In this document: one piece after another, positions 40,725-54,118 of the stretch
Layout: each line of letters starts with the position of its first letter
How positions within the stretch are numbered: position 1 is the first letter of the stretch
Origin: Trichoplax sp. H2
Taxonomy: Eukaryota
Assembly (NCBI GenBank): GCA_003344405.1
Contig: NOWV01000160.1
Span: 1-64,000, forward strand
DNA length: 64,000 nt
Reading direction: 5' to 3'
Notes under the pieces: generated by a model
The model's input: only the letters and a program-made list of their open reading frames with translations
Told to the model about the DNA's origin: nothing
Databases searched by the model: none
Program-made: the position numbers and the translations under genes

Positions 40725-41349
40725 TATTACAAAACAGCTTTGCAAGAAGATAACGTAATGTACGATCAATAAGTCAATTCCTTGAACCACGTATCAAGGA
40801 ACGATATCTGCTCTATCAGAAACACTTTTGCTCTTATAGCAGACTACACAAAGACTTAAACGCCTAGTATTTTACGTTAAACGCTTAGTTTGAGAATCCA
40901 CTTTATTACTTGATATACTGCATTTATATACTATTCCTTAATAGTTCATTAATCATAGTACGATTAACTTTGGAATCATTCATTGAATTAGATATTAATT
41001 ATAGCTACTGCTCCCTTAAAGCAGACAACAGTATTTACGAACATAGACATCTGATGACTAATACAGAATCGTCAGATTATGATATGTTCTATCACGGAAC
41101 ATTTCCACGATAATTTACAATCTATCATAAGTAAGTTACAATCACAATGATTCAAACTGTAAGCAGATGATTTGCATTCCCTATTATAACTATTAATTTC
41201 AGTATGTGTATATGTGTCACTATCGAAAAAGTTAGTGCTATATTAGAACACAGTATATCCAAATTAGAAGTTAACTAAATAAGGATAGGCTAACAGAATT
41301 ATCCTAAGATAGATATTTCTACACTATTACAGTATGTAACACTGTCACA
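40725..41349 (-). mobile_element. Solo-LTR-like element, family A copy 2
   Basis: Homologous to 1533-2162, ends ...TGTCACA, TSD GCATT/ACATT. Confidence 0.88.
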
Positions 41350-41934
41350 ACATTTTATTCATAGAATTTATTAGGTATACTGCAGAAGTTATATACGCCT
41401 ACAATAAAAACTACATCATTAGGGAAAATTTTCGATCCTTTATGTGTAAATAAAAATTAGCTATAAATAATTTATAAAGCTTATCACATATTTATATAAG
41501 GATGCTTGGCTATTTTTGTATCGGTGCTTAATACATCAAAAGTAATACATCTATCGAGTTCTTAAATGGTCTGGTCATTCGCATTTTGAAATACTACGGA
41601 TTTATTACTTAAAGCGATAATAAATACCGTATCGTATATGAATGAAGAAATTACATCTTAATATAAGTCTATCGCAACTGTGAATGTAACACTAAATATT
41701 CACCGCACAACTTCCGTATGTGATAATTAGAGATACTAGCTACGTAATACTAGAGTAAGTTCTTAACCAACAGTAAAGTACAGTCAAAAAACTTTACCGG
41801 TAGCTGCCTATAAATGTCGTTATAAGTTGGTAATAGAGCTGATGTAGTGTGTCACAATAAGGAGAAAAATAGAAAAGTCAATTTGAGCTAATTTGATTGC
41901 TTTTAGAAGCAATTTTAATATTAGAATAAGGGGC

Positions 41935-42498
41935 TATTACGGTGCGAATAACAATGAAGAGTAAATAACTAAATTTAGTGGTCAACATTTATATGTGGAG
42001 ATAACTAATAATGACTAACAGGAAGAACTACGGTAGTTATTATTTTATTACAGTAAATTATGCTGTACTGTAGTAAGAGTTCTTATACGGTAGCTAATGT
42101 TAATTGATTATAGGGTTGTCTTGTAACGCTTGTCATGAATATCCTAAAAATATTCAATTATAGGTGATACGATAAATAATTCTGTGTATGGACATACTGT
42201 AATCAAATTAACAAGAATCATTCAGTAAATGTCTAAGGTTATAATTGATTTCTATATTAATTTAGCCATCCAATATGAACTAAATTTCATGAACTGTTAT
42301 GACTCATACATGAAAGCTGCTGTCAAAGGGTATTAAGCTTGGCAGATAGTTGAATAATAAAGGAGTTCTATAATTGTTTAATGTAGAACCAAAGCGTCAA
42401 AGTTCTCGTGAGATACTTAAGGGATACTGAATCCGGAGGACTACAGTAATTTAGAGATTTGTTTTAAATTATCTTTGTCACAAAGCTGATTTGTGATA
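41935..42498 (+). mobile_element. Solo-LTR-like element, long family E variant
   Basis: Ends match family E, including the hairpin TGTCACAAA-GCTGA-TTTGTGATA. 41935-42350 is homologous to 63310-63740. TSD imperfect. Confidence 0.8.
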
Positions 42499-44061
42499 GT
42501 CTATTATTACACTCGAAAATTTTTCGTATATATCATTCGTAATACCAAGATTATTTGGTAATATATTTGGATCGAACCTGTAATCTTATAATTAGTTAAA
42601 GTAAATGTTTAATACTATCAAAATCAATGTTTACGTTAGAAGAAGAATGATACTTGATTCCACCCTACTCTGTACGTATATGAAACCATAGATATGTGAC
42701 GTATAAATATAAATAATCTTAGTGACTAGATTATATTATTATATTTTTTCATTAACTTCTTAGGAATATTATATTTTCAAATAAAAAGTACATTAAAAGA
42801 TTAAGTGAAAGCTTTATTTGAAAACATAGATATTTGGGTAGCATAAATATTTTCGTTTATTTTCATTTGAAATCCTCAAAAGTTGTTCAAGGCATGGAAT
42901 TTTTCATAGCTACATCAGACTCGTCAGAAATTGCTATTAGTAGCTTCTTGAAAAAATTTAGTACATCTATGTAAAATATTCTACCGAGAATCTTACTGAA
43001 AGTTATAATGTCGATGTTGTTGCCATATATCGGACTTATAATGATTTGATAAATTTTTCTATTTATCTTCGATGTTAAATTAATGTTTTTAGTCCGTAAA
43101 ATTTCTAAGTGGTAATAATATTCCACTCTTCAAATCTAATCTTTCCATACTGATGATATTTATATGGAATTAAATAAAGCTGATCTAAAGCTTATTAATT
43201 AAAGTAGTTGAACAAATATCGCCAATATAAAGTTTGTTAGCGATTGAATAAGAAATTTTTTTAATTTTTGGATCTCAAGTATATATTGCATATATGTAGT
43301 ACTACTCATAGCACACCAATACACCTAAATTTTGCAAAATACTATTTCTTAATTTCAATGTTCAAAAGTATACGAGATATAATAGCATAAAATAATAGAA
43401 ATTGTCACAAAAATTGTTCTTGATTTAAACGAAAATTATAGTTCGAATGCGTAATTTCATTTACTTTAGGTGGCTATTAAACATGTACCTTTTACGGATT
43501 AGAAGTTTAGCATTTGATTTAATATTCTAATTCAAAGGAATCATTCTTAAAGTCTGTATAACTATTTGGTAATTGAATGAGATACATATTTTCCCTTTAG
43601 ACCTGCAATTATTGAGATTAGTGCTTAAAAGATATTTAACAAAATAATTTTTCTCACATTTACCATAAGCTAAGTCATCTCTTTGAATTATTTGATAAGA
43701 TACTCGCTAATATTCATTTGTGCTCTTATGGAACATTATTACTATTTTTCCTACTTATAACAGTATTATAATTTATAGTAAAGCATAATTTAGATTGGTT
43801 TTTAGTATTACTAAAATATATCGATTATTAGGTCAAGATTGAAGTGGCTTTTAAGACTAAATTTCAGATTAGAGTTTTTACATTGGGATGAATAATTTCT
43901 AGCATGAAAAAAATAATCGCTTATAAGTTATGATTCACTTAATTCTTTACTTAATTTTTCACATTCCAGTTCATACAAAACTATCTAACAATAACAGCGA
44001 TCTTTAAAATAATCAGAAATGAACCTTCGATTTTTAAAATTTAAATTAACATTTCAATCAA

Positions 44062-45075
44062 TTATCCGGAAGCAACTTGACTAATTTTAGGAATAATCGA
44101 TGATTTACTTTTCTGTAGACGAAATAGATTCAGAAAAGCATGCCTAATAGTATCTACAAAGTAAGCATACAATAATGGATTGATAGCTGGGTAAGAAAAT
44201 GCAATGTATCGAGTAATAAACTGCATATTAAGAATAAACTGAACTGATATCGGTAATATCCTGCCGAATTCACTGATAATAAATCCACAAGTATAAGGTA
44301 GCATCATCACAATAAATATGGCTGCTAGTATACCCATTTGTATAGATGCATTAATTGTTTTCTTACTGGTTGTTTTTCCAAGCCTATAGTTGCAGCTAAT
44401 ACTTGGTGCAACGGATTTCTTTCGCTTGCTATAAATCATGTAAAAGGTTTGGGAATAGCAAAAGACAATTACTGTTACAGGGACAAAAAACCAACCTAAG
44501 GATTTCCAGTAGGCAAAAATTCGCTCTGCAAGAAAATTTCCAGAATGAACAACACAACGACTACTAGATAGCGGTCGAAATGTCATCGCTGGTATAAATG
44601 CTGTTGCAAAGGAAAATACCCATAAAATCACTACGATGTATAAATATAAGCTTTTATGCACTTTACGTCGATACTTTATAGGCCATTTAACGGAAAAATA
44701 TCTATCCAAACTCGTAAAACATTGATGTAAGTTATAATTCAGCAAAAATGCTGAACCGAGTAATGGCATAATAGAACAAATTAAATCAAATTGCCGAAAG
44801 TAGTCAAATGCAGCCCATCTTGATAAAATATATATTCCACCAAAGAGGATGCCAATTGCAAAAGAACTACTGATTATAATATGAGATTGATTTCGCAATG
44901 AACGCGATAAAATTAAACTTAAAAAAAGAACTGAATTAGTAATTACTGCAATAACTCCAATAGCTGTCCATAATTCGACACTATTTTGGGGCACTATGAA
45001 AGAAGGTGTTTTATCTGTGACATTGACTTCCATTGCAGTTCCATTTACAGCAGCACTAGAGATATTGTTTTCCAT
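44062..45075 (-). CDS. Single-exon class A GPCR, 337 aa
   Basis: 7TM, NYNLHQCFTSLDRY, YPAINPLLY. ATG at 45075. Confidence 0.93.
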   Translation of the reverse strand: MENNISSAAVNGTAMEVNVTDKTPSFIVPQNSVELWTAIGVIAVITNSVLFLSLILSRSLRNQSHIIISSSFAIGILFGGIYILSRWAAFDYFRQFDLICSIMPLLGSAFLLNYNLHQCFTSLDRYFSVKWPIKYRRKVHKSLYLYIVVILWVFSFATAFIPAMTFRPLSSSRCVVHSGNFLAERIFAYWKSLGWFFVPVTVIVFCYSQTFYMIYSKRKKSVAPSISCNYRLGKTTSKKTINASIQMGILAAIFIVMMLPYTCGFIISEFGRILPISVQFILNMQFITRYIAFSYPAINPLLYAYFVDTIRHAFLNLFRLQKSKSSIIPKISQVASG

Positions 45076-46647
45076 CACTTCTTAATTCTAGTATTAAATG
45101 TATGGGCTATAGAGAACTAAATAAGTGCGATTTTTTAACTGAAGTAGTAGCTAATTTAGTAAGATAATAAATAGTTGATGTAATTGGACTTAATGTACGG
45201 TGTTCGTGATGAATGTTAACCATTACGACTATGGAATTTATTCCTACATAAAACATGAGTATTGTTTAATCATCAGCAAACAAAAAAATATTTACGTATC
45301 TTATCCATGTCCCACGATGATCAAATTCGATAAATCATAATAGTTTGATATTAATGAATATAATTATTTTAATGAACTTATGAAAAACTATAGTCAGTTT
45401 TTGCATGAATCATAATTTACGGTACAAAAAATATATATGAACGTACATTGCATAAACTGACATTTAAGTGCATTAATCAAGCCCTGTTCTGATCTACAAA
45501 GGAGTCTTTAAGTTAGCTTCTTAAGAATGCCCCAATGTGTCTTAACGACGTCATTACTGTTTATTTACTGCATAAATTAAACTTCTTTTCTTACGCTATG
45601 CTGTATTAATTTATGAGCATATATTATAGATACAGCTGTATTTGACTCGTTGACTTGAAAATAAATATTTGCTATGGTTACACAACACTTGCATTGCTTT
45701 ACTAGATATTTAAGCCTATCTTAATGTTGTTCGCTGTACTATTACTACAAAGTTTCTAAATCTATTACCTTTCAACGAAGTTTAATTAAACGACAATACC
45801 ATACTATAATCATTGCGGCTTTAAACTTAATATCAATGATTAAATGTTATCATAGTTTATTAATTCATTAAAATATTTTAAAAATTAAACCGAAACATAG
45901 AAGTACCAGAAAACTATTCACAAGTACCGATAAACTTAGCAAAACGATTTGTGATAAAACTAGTCTCTTGACTAGTGATATTGGCTATTTTCTGCTATTT
46001 AAGTTATTTCCACCCCCTAAAAAAGACAATAGTTTGTAAACAATTACATAAAAATTATTAATCTTTTAATTTAAATTATTTACGACAATATCAATATCTA
46101 CAGTTATTATGATCTCTTTTCATACAACAATACATAACATAGAAGTATACATAATTATAATTAATTAAGCTTTCTACTGTTTTTGAAGGAATCCTTCAGT
46201 TTTGTTAGATTTTTGAAGTCAACATTGAAATTTTTCCTACTATATCTCGTAAAAACTAATAATAGTGAATCATCAATTTAACAATTGTCAACATAAATAT
46301 TTTAAAACGATATTAGGATTTCTAGAAAGCATCTTTCATTATTAAAACAATATATTAATCACTGCAAACTGCGCAAGAATAAATGTCAATATAATCTAGT
46401 TTCAAATGGATTTTAGTATTGATAAGACAATCCTCATAGATTTCGTAAGTAGAATATTCATTTTAATTCAATAACTTAATATATAATATAATTTTTAAAG
46501 TTTAGTAAAATAAGAGTATTTCGATTGAATTTAATCATTAGCCATTACTAATAATCTTAAATTTCGCCGACGCCAATCCGAACTGTTGATTTGTCAATGG
46601 AGTAAATCAAATCAAACTGGACAAAGATTTGAGAATGTAATACATGT

Positions 46648-48066
46648 TGCAGTAAAGGACTAAAAGTAGAGTCCTTTATAGCTTTTAGTACGCAACTAGT
46701 ATTATTTTACTATACAAAATACCTAGAAAATGATAGTGTCTTTAAGTTTTACCCTGCCAAATCATCATGTCGCCGTCTTATCTTCTTCATTATTTTACAA
46801 GGTATTATATAGATTACTATATAAGTACCATTAGAGCAAATGCCTAATCTAGAGAAACGGCGTTTTATCGTCTATTCAAATTGTAACAAAATTTGACTTA
46901 GTAACAAAACCCTATCCTTAGAGAAAGGGGATTTATAACATGACGATAAAGTACTGTATATGAAGTCTATAATCGTACAGTTACCGTACAATCTGACGCT
47001 AAAACATCAACTGTCAATACTCACGAATACTCAGCAATGCTAATGTCAGAAAAGTAGTCGAAATAATCATATAAATTTTTGGATAAGCGGGATTTTGTAA
47101 AGATTACAGTAATCGCTACTTAGCTAATTAAAAAATTTTTTATGACTATCACGATTACTTTTCTGACATTAGCATCGCTGAGTATTAACAGTTGATGTTT
47201 TAGCATCAGGTTATACTGTAACTGTACGATGATAGACTACATTATAGTACTTTGCCGTCATGTTATAAATCCCCTTTCTCTAAGGATAGGGTTTTGCTAC
47301 TATGTTAAATTTAGTAACAATTTGAATGGACGATCAAACGCCCTTTCTTTAGATTAGGCATTTGCTCTAGGGCTACTTGTATAGTAATCTATATTGTTTT
47401 AATACCTTGTAAAATAATGAAGAAGAAAAGATGGGGCGACATGATGATTTGGCAGGGTAAAACTTAAAGACACTATCACTTTCTAGGTATTTTCTATAGT
47501 AAAATAGTACTGTCACAAACTTATGTTGCGAACTACTAGACTAAACTAAACTAATAGATTACTGATGCCTTGCTCCACTACACCTGGAGACCTACTGTAT
47601 GGTAGTTCTTTACTACTTTCGGTCACACAGGGATAAGACCGTTCTAAAAGATTAGTATAGTTTTTATTAGTAGAGTAGCCGAGTACCTTCTCGTACACGA
47701 TCTAATATGGAACTCAGGAACTGAGCATTCGCTCGTCCTTTTATACCATTCCACTAAATTTATGGTGCATACATAGTAACTTGACAATATAAGATTTACA
47801 TGATTTGTAGTGGGTGCTAACGTGTCGCCATTATTAATATCTACTGTATATAGGCTCTACTAATTAATTGCAAATACAATTATGCCTTTTATTGTCTAGC
47901 AATCTAGACATTAATATTCTTAATTTCAATTATCACTTACCAATATGATCCATTAGCTAAATACTGACAAACTCAATTTAGTTAGCAAGTACGGTGCTTT
48001 GCTCCGTAACAAGTACTAGTTACATACTAAAAGCTATAAAGGACTCTACTTTTAGTCCTTACTACA
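46648..48066. mobile_element. Foldback (palindromic) derivative of long-TIR family B
   Basis: Left arm 46648-47089 and right arm 47090-48066 (minus the insert 47511-48016) are inverted copies. Ends TGCAGT/ACTACA. No TSD is recognisable. Confidence 0.85.
47511..48011 (-). mobile_element. Solo-LTR-like element nested in the family B arm
   Basis: TGTCACA...CCGTAACA with perfect TSD AGTAC. The other B copies lack it. Confidence 0.92.
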
Positions 48067-49861
48067 CACAGATATGCTAGATATGGCTAGAATAGGAAAA
48101 CCCTACATACATCTAGAGTTGGCAACTATCAAGATTGAAACATCCGGTATTATTTTAAACTAGTTTGGGTAAGCATTTTGAGAATCTATTCAACAGGTCA
48201 ATGTTCGCGTTTGCGGTCTTGTACAAATTACATTATATCCCCAAATATATCGAATACTTCAATTATTGTACGAAAGTGGATAAATTGTATGTGAGATTGT
48301 AAAATTGAAGAAGTATCTATTTGCACAAGTAGATTATAGTACGTATTGTACCAAAACTATTGAGATGTTTACATATATTAAGATGCCGAGATATAAATAT
48401 TGATAGAAGTTAGCTTAGTGATAGTCATTGATAATAGTTAGATGAGCCCAACTTATGCAATGAAGTGAAGTTTACAAGAAACTGTAGTTCTTGTTTTAGT
48501 TTCGAAAAGATATTTTATCACAAAGGCATTACCTCATGGCGACACAAAAGATTAATTCTGGATACTACTTAAGGTAGATTTATGTTTTAATATAGCGAAA
48601 GTTAATAAATTACTCACTTACATTATATTAGCTTATAGAGATTGATTTTGATATATTACATGAGCATATTGTCTAAAAATTTGTTTAATTGACATGCAGG
48701 ATTTAAATTATTCTTTAAGCTAATTGTTCAAAAATTAAATTTTAAACATATCGAATGCTGCATAGAAAACCACAGTATTTTCTCTGTACGTATATCAGCG
48801 CCATTTTGGAAAAATCGTGTTTTAGTAAGCATATAAATCGAAAATCTAATCTGTAAAAGCTGATATTTAAAATAAACTAGATCTTTAAAAAAATACGATT
48901 GTTGAATATATTTTGCTATAAAGCTTAGTAATTTTCCTTGATTATTGATTTACTCAGATACAATTACTGAATTCAGCCAGCTATCTAGTCTAAGAATTTT
49001 TGTCCACACAATGATCTCAAAATTGCTAGTAAATATTTCCAAATTAGACACCATAAGAACAAATCACATGTACAATAAAATATCCGGATAGTCTTAAGTC
49101 AATATTAGATTAAGTTATATTTCGTCTTGATAATCTTAAGAATTTAAGATTCTATATTACAAAATAGAAGTGAATTTAAAATAGTATTTCATAAATAAAA
49201 CAGAACGTTACTCCTGCAAGCAAAGATTAACAGTTAGTAATTTAATAGAACGATTTTTCAACTCTAAGCAGACAAGTTCTATAACATTTGCCGTAGTGCT
49301 CCGTCTTATAGTTCCACGGAAATAATCAATAAAGTAGATATTGCACTTGTCCCAGGTGTCCTTCTTTATTCTAACAAATTGCTGCAATTGACTTCGAATT
49401 TCGGACGAATTGTAAACTAACGAAAATTTATCTTTTATTGTAAGACCTCTATGGAACTGAAGTAAATCTCTAACTGAATTATTTATGTAGTAATTTCGGC
49501 TAATTACAGCAGTAATTTGAAAGGATCACAGATTGATCTAGATTTTTTTCGATCTTACGTAAGTAATTTCATGATAGTAGATACGATAAAACAGTTTACT
49601 TACATTATTTGTAATGTCATAAAACGCTGCATCTGATAACTATATAAAATTTTTTACGTTTAATGACTAGTGAAATGGAGCATTTTTATAAGCTACGATT
49701 ACTACTATTAAACAGCAAAGGCTATCAGTATATTTTAAATCTTTGCTACTGTCAATTGAAATACCTATCCATTATGATGTTTTAGGAGTTTGAGAGTTCG
49801 GCATTAGTGGCAATAAAGTACAATGGAATAGTTAACGGAAGAGTAATATTTATTGAGCTAG

Positions 49862-50552
49862 TGTAACAGAATAACCGACTAAATTTATCGTACGAGTAAC
49901 GATATGACTAATCGAATAACTATAGTAGCGGGAAATAGGTAAAGCGTGCAAGCTTACCGAATAACTACCAGAACTAACTAACGAGATAGGCGACAGAAGA
50001 TAGCTTTTATAATGTCAGGAGCACAGCAGGAGGAGATTATTTATAAGCCTGAATGATTCATGAAAACAGGTTTCTTCTATTTTAAGCTAGTGCTACGCTA
50101 CAAATTAGCTAGCGCACAAGGTTTTTCAACAGCGTAAATTGTTAAATATAGATCATACATATTTCGAGTTATGTTACTATCTTAGGGTAAGATTCCAGTC
50201 TAGGTAACGCTAATACGTTTACTAGAAATAGGCTACACCATATTTAGAAGTAAACACTACATCCTTGGATACTTCCATGTAGATATAAAAATTGAAATTT
50301 AACGCAGTGAAAGATCCTATCTCTCCAGAAAATCACAGTCTGTTTTATTGTTGGCGAGGCTTTGACTTACATAGTATCTAATATTTAAAACAGTTTAACT
50401 GTACGAGTTTTTTCGTCTCTTGCAACTTACAAAGTTAAAGTAGTATAGAGTCTCTACTTCTGAAAATTAGCTACAACACTATCCTATCGAGTTTTTACCG
50501 TGTTTGTATTAAACTAATCAATTCCTAATTTAACTGTTATATTGCAATTACA
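49862..50552 (-). mobile_element. Degenerate LTR-like element with a family-C-related segment
   Basis: Starts TGTAACA, reverse TATA (CTTTTATA) at ~50004, and 50320-50520 resembles 8335-8530. Boundaries uncertain. Confidence 0.4.
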
Positions 50553-52622
50553 CTATCAATCAAGATTTTTCGTCTACCTTCGATCTAAAATCTGATGAAG
50601 AAGCGAAATAAAACTGAAAACTTTAAGAAATTTTCTTTGTTGGGTTTTGCATGTGTAAATTTTATCGTTTACGCCGCATTTACCCATACATTCTTAGCTG
50701 GCAAACGACTATTACTGTAAACACTATCTAATAACAGTTATAGTTGCACACAAGATATAACCTGCCTCTGATTACACAAAATTCCTGCATTTTGCCTTAT
50801 TACACAGCATTAAACAGAAAAAAATCGCGTTTTAAAGAGAAACGTAAGACCTTCAAAAAAGTCATTCCTGCAGGAAGTTATTGTTCAATATCATAAGTTA
50901 TAAGTATTTTCTAGGATGCTACACAAAAATTCTGAAAGATTACGTCTATCTCAATATGCTATATTTCGCCTAGTAACGCTAATGCTGAAAGCAAGTTTCT
51001 TCTCATATTTGTAGTAATACAATAAATAAATAGAATTGGCTATAGACTTTTTTGTAATGTTTCAGACATCAAAATATATAAGTGAATATTATAAGAAATA
51101 CGTAGTATTCTTCTAGCCTAATACAATGACATTCTGCAGAAAGAAGGTATATTGTATATTGTATAATACCATCAAAACGTTGCTACTAGTAAGAAAGTAG
51201 CAATATTAAATCAGTATTTTTATAATTAGAGGATCAAAATTTGATTTTATCCCGATAGTTATCAAAAACGCTGTATGAAGCTTGAAGGTGGTTTTCGCAA
51301 ACATAATGCTGATAAATTCAGACTTGCCGAAGCATGAGATGAATGGTAATAATTTATTTCCTTTTTTCTCGGCACTATCTAAATTTTAACCCGATACAAG
51401 GAGATAATGCAAATAAGAAAAATTAATTAAACTAATTGCATTGTGATTTTTCAGCATTTACAGCCACAATAGAGTGCTTATTTTGGTTAATAGTCGCCGA
51501 CTCGAAAATTATTACGGGTACGCAAAACTCACCTACAGTATCATAGAGTTTGAGATTTTAGATAGAGTGGTAATTTTATACCGTATTTAATTACATCAGT
51601 TAAATATACATGATAGTAGATATTTCAAGTTTTTATCGTTAAAAATATTTGTAAGAGCTTATTTAAACATTAAAATTAATTTGTATCCTTTTTTAAATAT
51701 AAGAGGTAAGTTTTATGTTACGTCCAGCTATAATAGTAGTCAAAATCATTTATTACCCGCTACACAGGGATATGGTACGTTAATACTGCTGATATTTTAA
51801 ATATCGCGTCTTGTTAACATATTCTTAGCAGAAAAGCTTCTATTCATTAACTATTATAGGGCCTTGTAAGACAGTATAGTATTGTTTTCTAAGTCGATGA
51901 TATAGTTAGTAATGTCTACCGTTGTTAGTGTTCAACGTGTGATAAAAATTCCGTTAGACGATTAAGTATTAAATATCGCTAGCTTCGTATCTGTATCTTT
52001 TTGAAGAGGAATGCTACAGTGCACACACTAGAGCTTTCACATGAAAATTGTAGACTATCTGGTATTTGAGATACTAATGCTGAAATGCGTAGTAAGTAAG
52101 GTACTAAGATTGTTAACGAGGAAAATTATATAAGCGAGTAGTTTAGTACAGTAAAACAGTTCTTTCTCGTTAGAGTTCTTCAGCTGATCGATTACATTGT
52201 ATCTTTGTAAACGAAATTTTGTTCTATAAATTTTAATTTTCTAACGCCTTGAAGATTCTAGATCTATCAACCTCACAGGCCCAATTCTCTAAGTTAATCC
52301 AAAGTTCACCAAATTATTCCGTGTATAATTTTAATAAAGCGTATATGTATCGTCGTATTAGCCAATTAAAGGACAGCTAAAGGCAAAATTGCTTCATTGC
52401 GAGCAGGAATTACATAACGAGTAAAAGTACTTATATCATTCGATTGTTAGATGCTTTCTTTTGTCAATCCCTTTTATCTTTCTATTACATTATAACCTAG
52501 TAATATATAAGTTATCTAACTGCTTGTAAATTTATATATCAGTATGGTGCTTTACCTAGCATAGCTGCTGAGTATTTATCATTAACAATTGTTGAGATTT
52601 TTAGACAGAGTCCATTGAGATT

Positions 52623-53058
52623 TGTCACAAACCAGCTTCGTGACAAGAATAACGTAAAATAATTCTCTAAATCTCTTAAAATCTGCGGATTCAGTATCCC
52701 TACTCACAGGAATTTATACGACTCTGATTCTACGTCTAACTCAACTAGACAATTGAGAACTGCTTTATTCAACTATCTGACGGGCTTAAATACCCTTCTA
52801 CAGCAGCTAACATTCATGAGTCATCTTATAAAAATACTTAGGTGAGAACATCTGCTAACTAATTTTTCACAGTCGGACTACAATATGTCCATTTACAGAA
52901 TCACTTCAGTGCACATTACAGCATAGCATTAAATTTACTGTAATGCTTTTATAATTAGAGTAATTCCTATTGTAAGTAACTAGTTGTAATATAATATCAC
53001 TATATTATATTCACAAAATTTAGATAGCTATTTCTTCACGGTATTTCGTACCGTGATA
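52623..53058 (-). mobile_element. Solo-LTR-like element, family E copy 2
   Basis: TGTCACA...GTGATA with perfect TSD AGATT. Homologous to 20790-21225. Confidence 0.92.
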
Positions 53059-53164
53059 AGATTATGTACAGAACATAATCAATAGTATATGTGGTCTAAT
53101 ACTATAAAATTTCACATTTAATTATCAATTAGCAGTCAAAGTTTTTCATAAATTTCGTGGCAAC

Positions 53165-54118
53165 TTATCCTTCTATTTCAAAACATTCAGATAGAATTTG
53201 CTGCAGTGCGTGCATATTGCCGAGCAATGCGCGTTTAACAGTATTTATTAAACAACTGTGCAGCAGTGGGTTAAGCATTGGATAAAACAAAGCAATATAG
53301 CGAGTTGCGTCTACAAGATACAGAATCCATTTCTGTCGAAATTGAAAATAAACTGCAAGCAATGGCAAACCGAAAGGAAGAACCATAAGCATGAAAATAG
53401 CAGCCAATATTCCCATACGCATTGCTGCGATATGGGCTTTATTTTTCTTTCGCCGTCTATGTCTTGAAGAGTTACTAGCACTGAAAGAGTTAACTTTAGT
53501 ATATTTTCGCCATATTCTATAATATATTGAAGAATAGAAAACAATAATAGCCGCTGATGGAGTAACGAAAATGCCAATAAAGTAGATATAAAATAAGATT
53601 AGCACTGAATTGGAATCACATTGATTGAGGCAGCAGTTGGGTTGCATCTCTGGCAATAATATTACAGGAATAGCAACAGCAAGATGAGCGAACAGCCAAA
53701 GTAAGACAATTATTATTACCCATCGCTTTTTACCGTAAAATTTCCTGTAATGCCGCGGCCATCTAGTCCGATAATATTGATCAATACAAATTAGAAGCTG
53801 ATGCAAAATATAATTGAGGATGAAAGATGAGCCAATCATCGGTAAGAGTGTGCAATAAGACGACTCATATATATAATTTTTTGTAGAATAAATTGGAAAT
53901 ATGAAAAACATTCCCAATAAAATACCAATCATAAAAGTACTTCCAATTAAAACGTGAAATAAATTGCGAGTAAATTTAGAAATAGCGATACAGATTAATA
54001 AAACTGAATTGCTAATAACAGTAAAAATCCCAATGACGGTCCAGAGTTCTATACTATTATGAAATTGAGAATTAAGACCAGTTTGATTACTGACATTAAC
54101 CAAGTGACTATAATCCAT
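53165..54118 (-). CDS. Single-exon class A GPCR, 317 aa, atypical (DQY, NPLLH)
   Basis: Intact 7TM ORF, NYILHQLLICIDQY, YPMLNPLLH. Confidence 0.88.
   Translation of the reverse strand: MDYSHLVNVSNQTGLNSQFHNSIELWTVIGIFTVISNSVLLICIAISKFTRNLFHVLIGSTFMIGILLGMFFIFPIYSTKNYIYESSYCTLLPMIGSSFILNYILHQLLICIDQYYRTRWPRHYRKFYGKKRWVIIIVLLWLFAHLAVAIPVILLPEMQPNCCLNQCDSNSVLILFYIYFIGIFVTPSAAIIVFYSSIYYRIWRKYTKVNSFSASNSSRHRRRKKNKAHIAAMRMGILAAIFMLMVLPFGLPLLAVYFQFRQKWILYLVDATRYIALFYPMLNPLLHSCLINTVKRALLGNMHALQQILSECFEIEG

Noticed and set aside
34546-48066. 13.5-kb composite TIR element carrying two GPCR genes
   Set aside because: The flanks TCTCG and CACAG are not a TSD, and the end at 48066 is better explained as the partner of the arm at 46648.
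2993-53577. Short ORFs overlapping GPCR genes (2993-3328, 30948-31244, 37160-37342, 37551-37736, 38164-38355, 53258-53467, 53311-53577)
   Set aside because: They are antisense or alternative-frame shadows of the GPCR coding sequences with no recognisable motifs.
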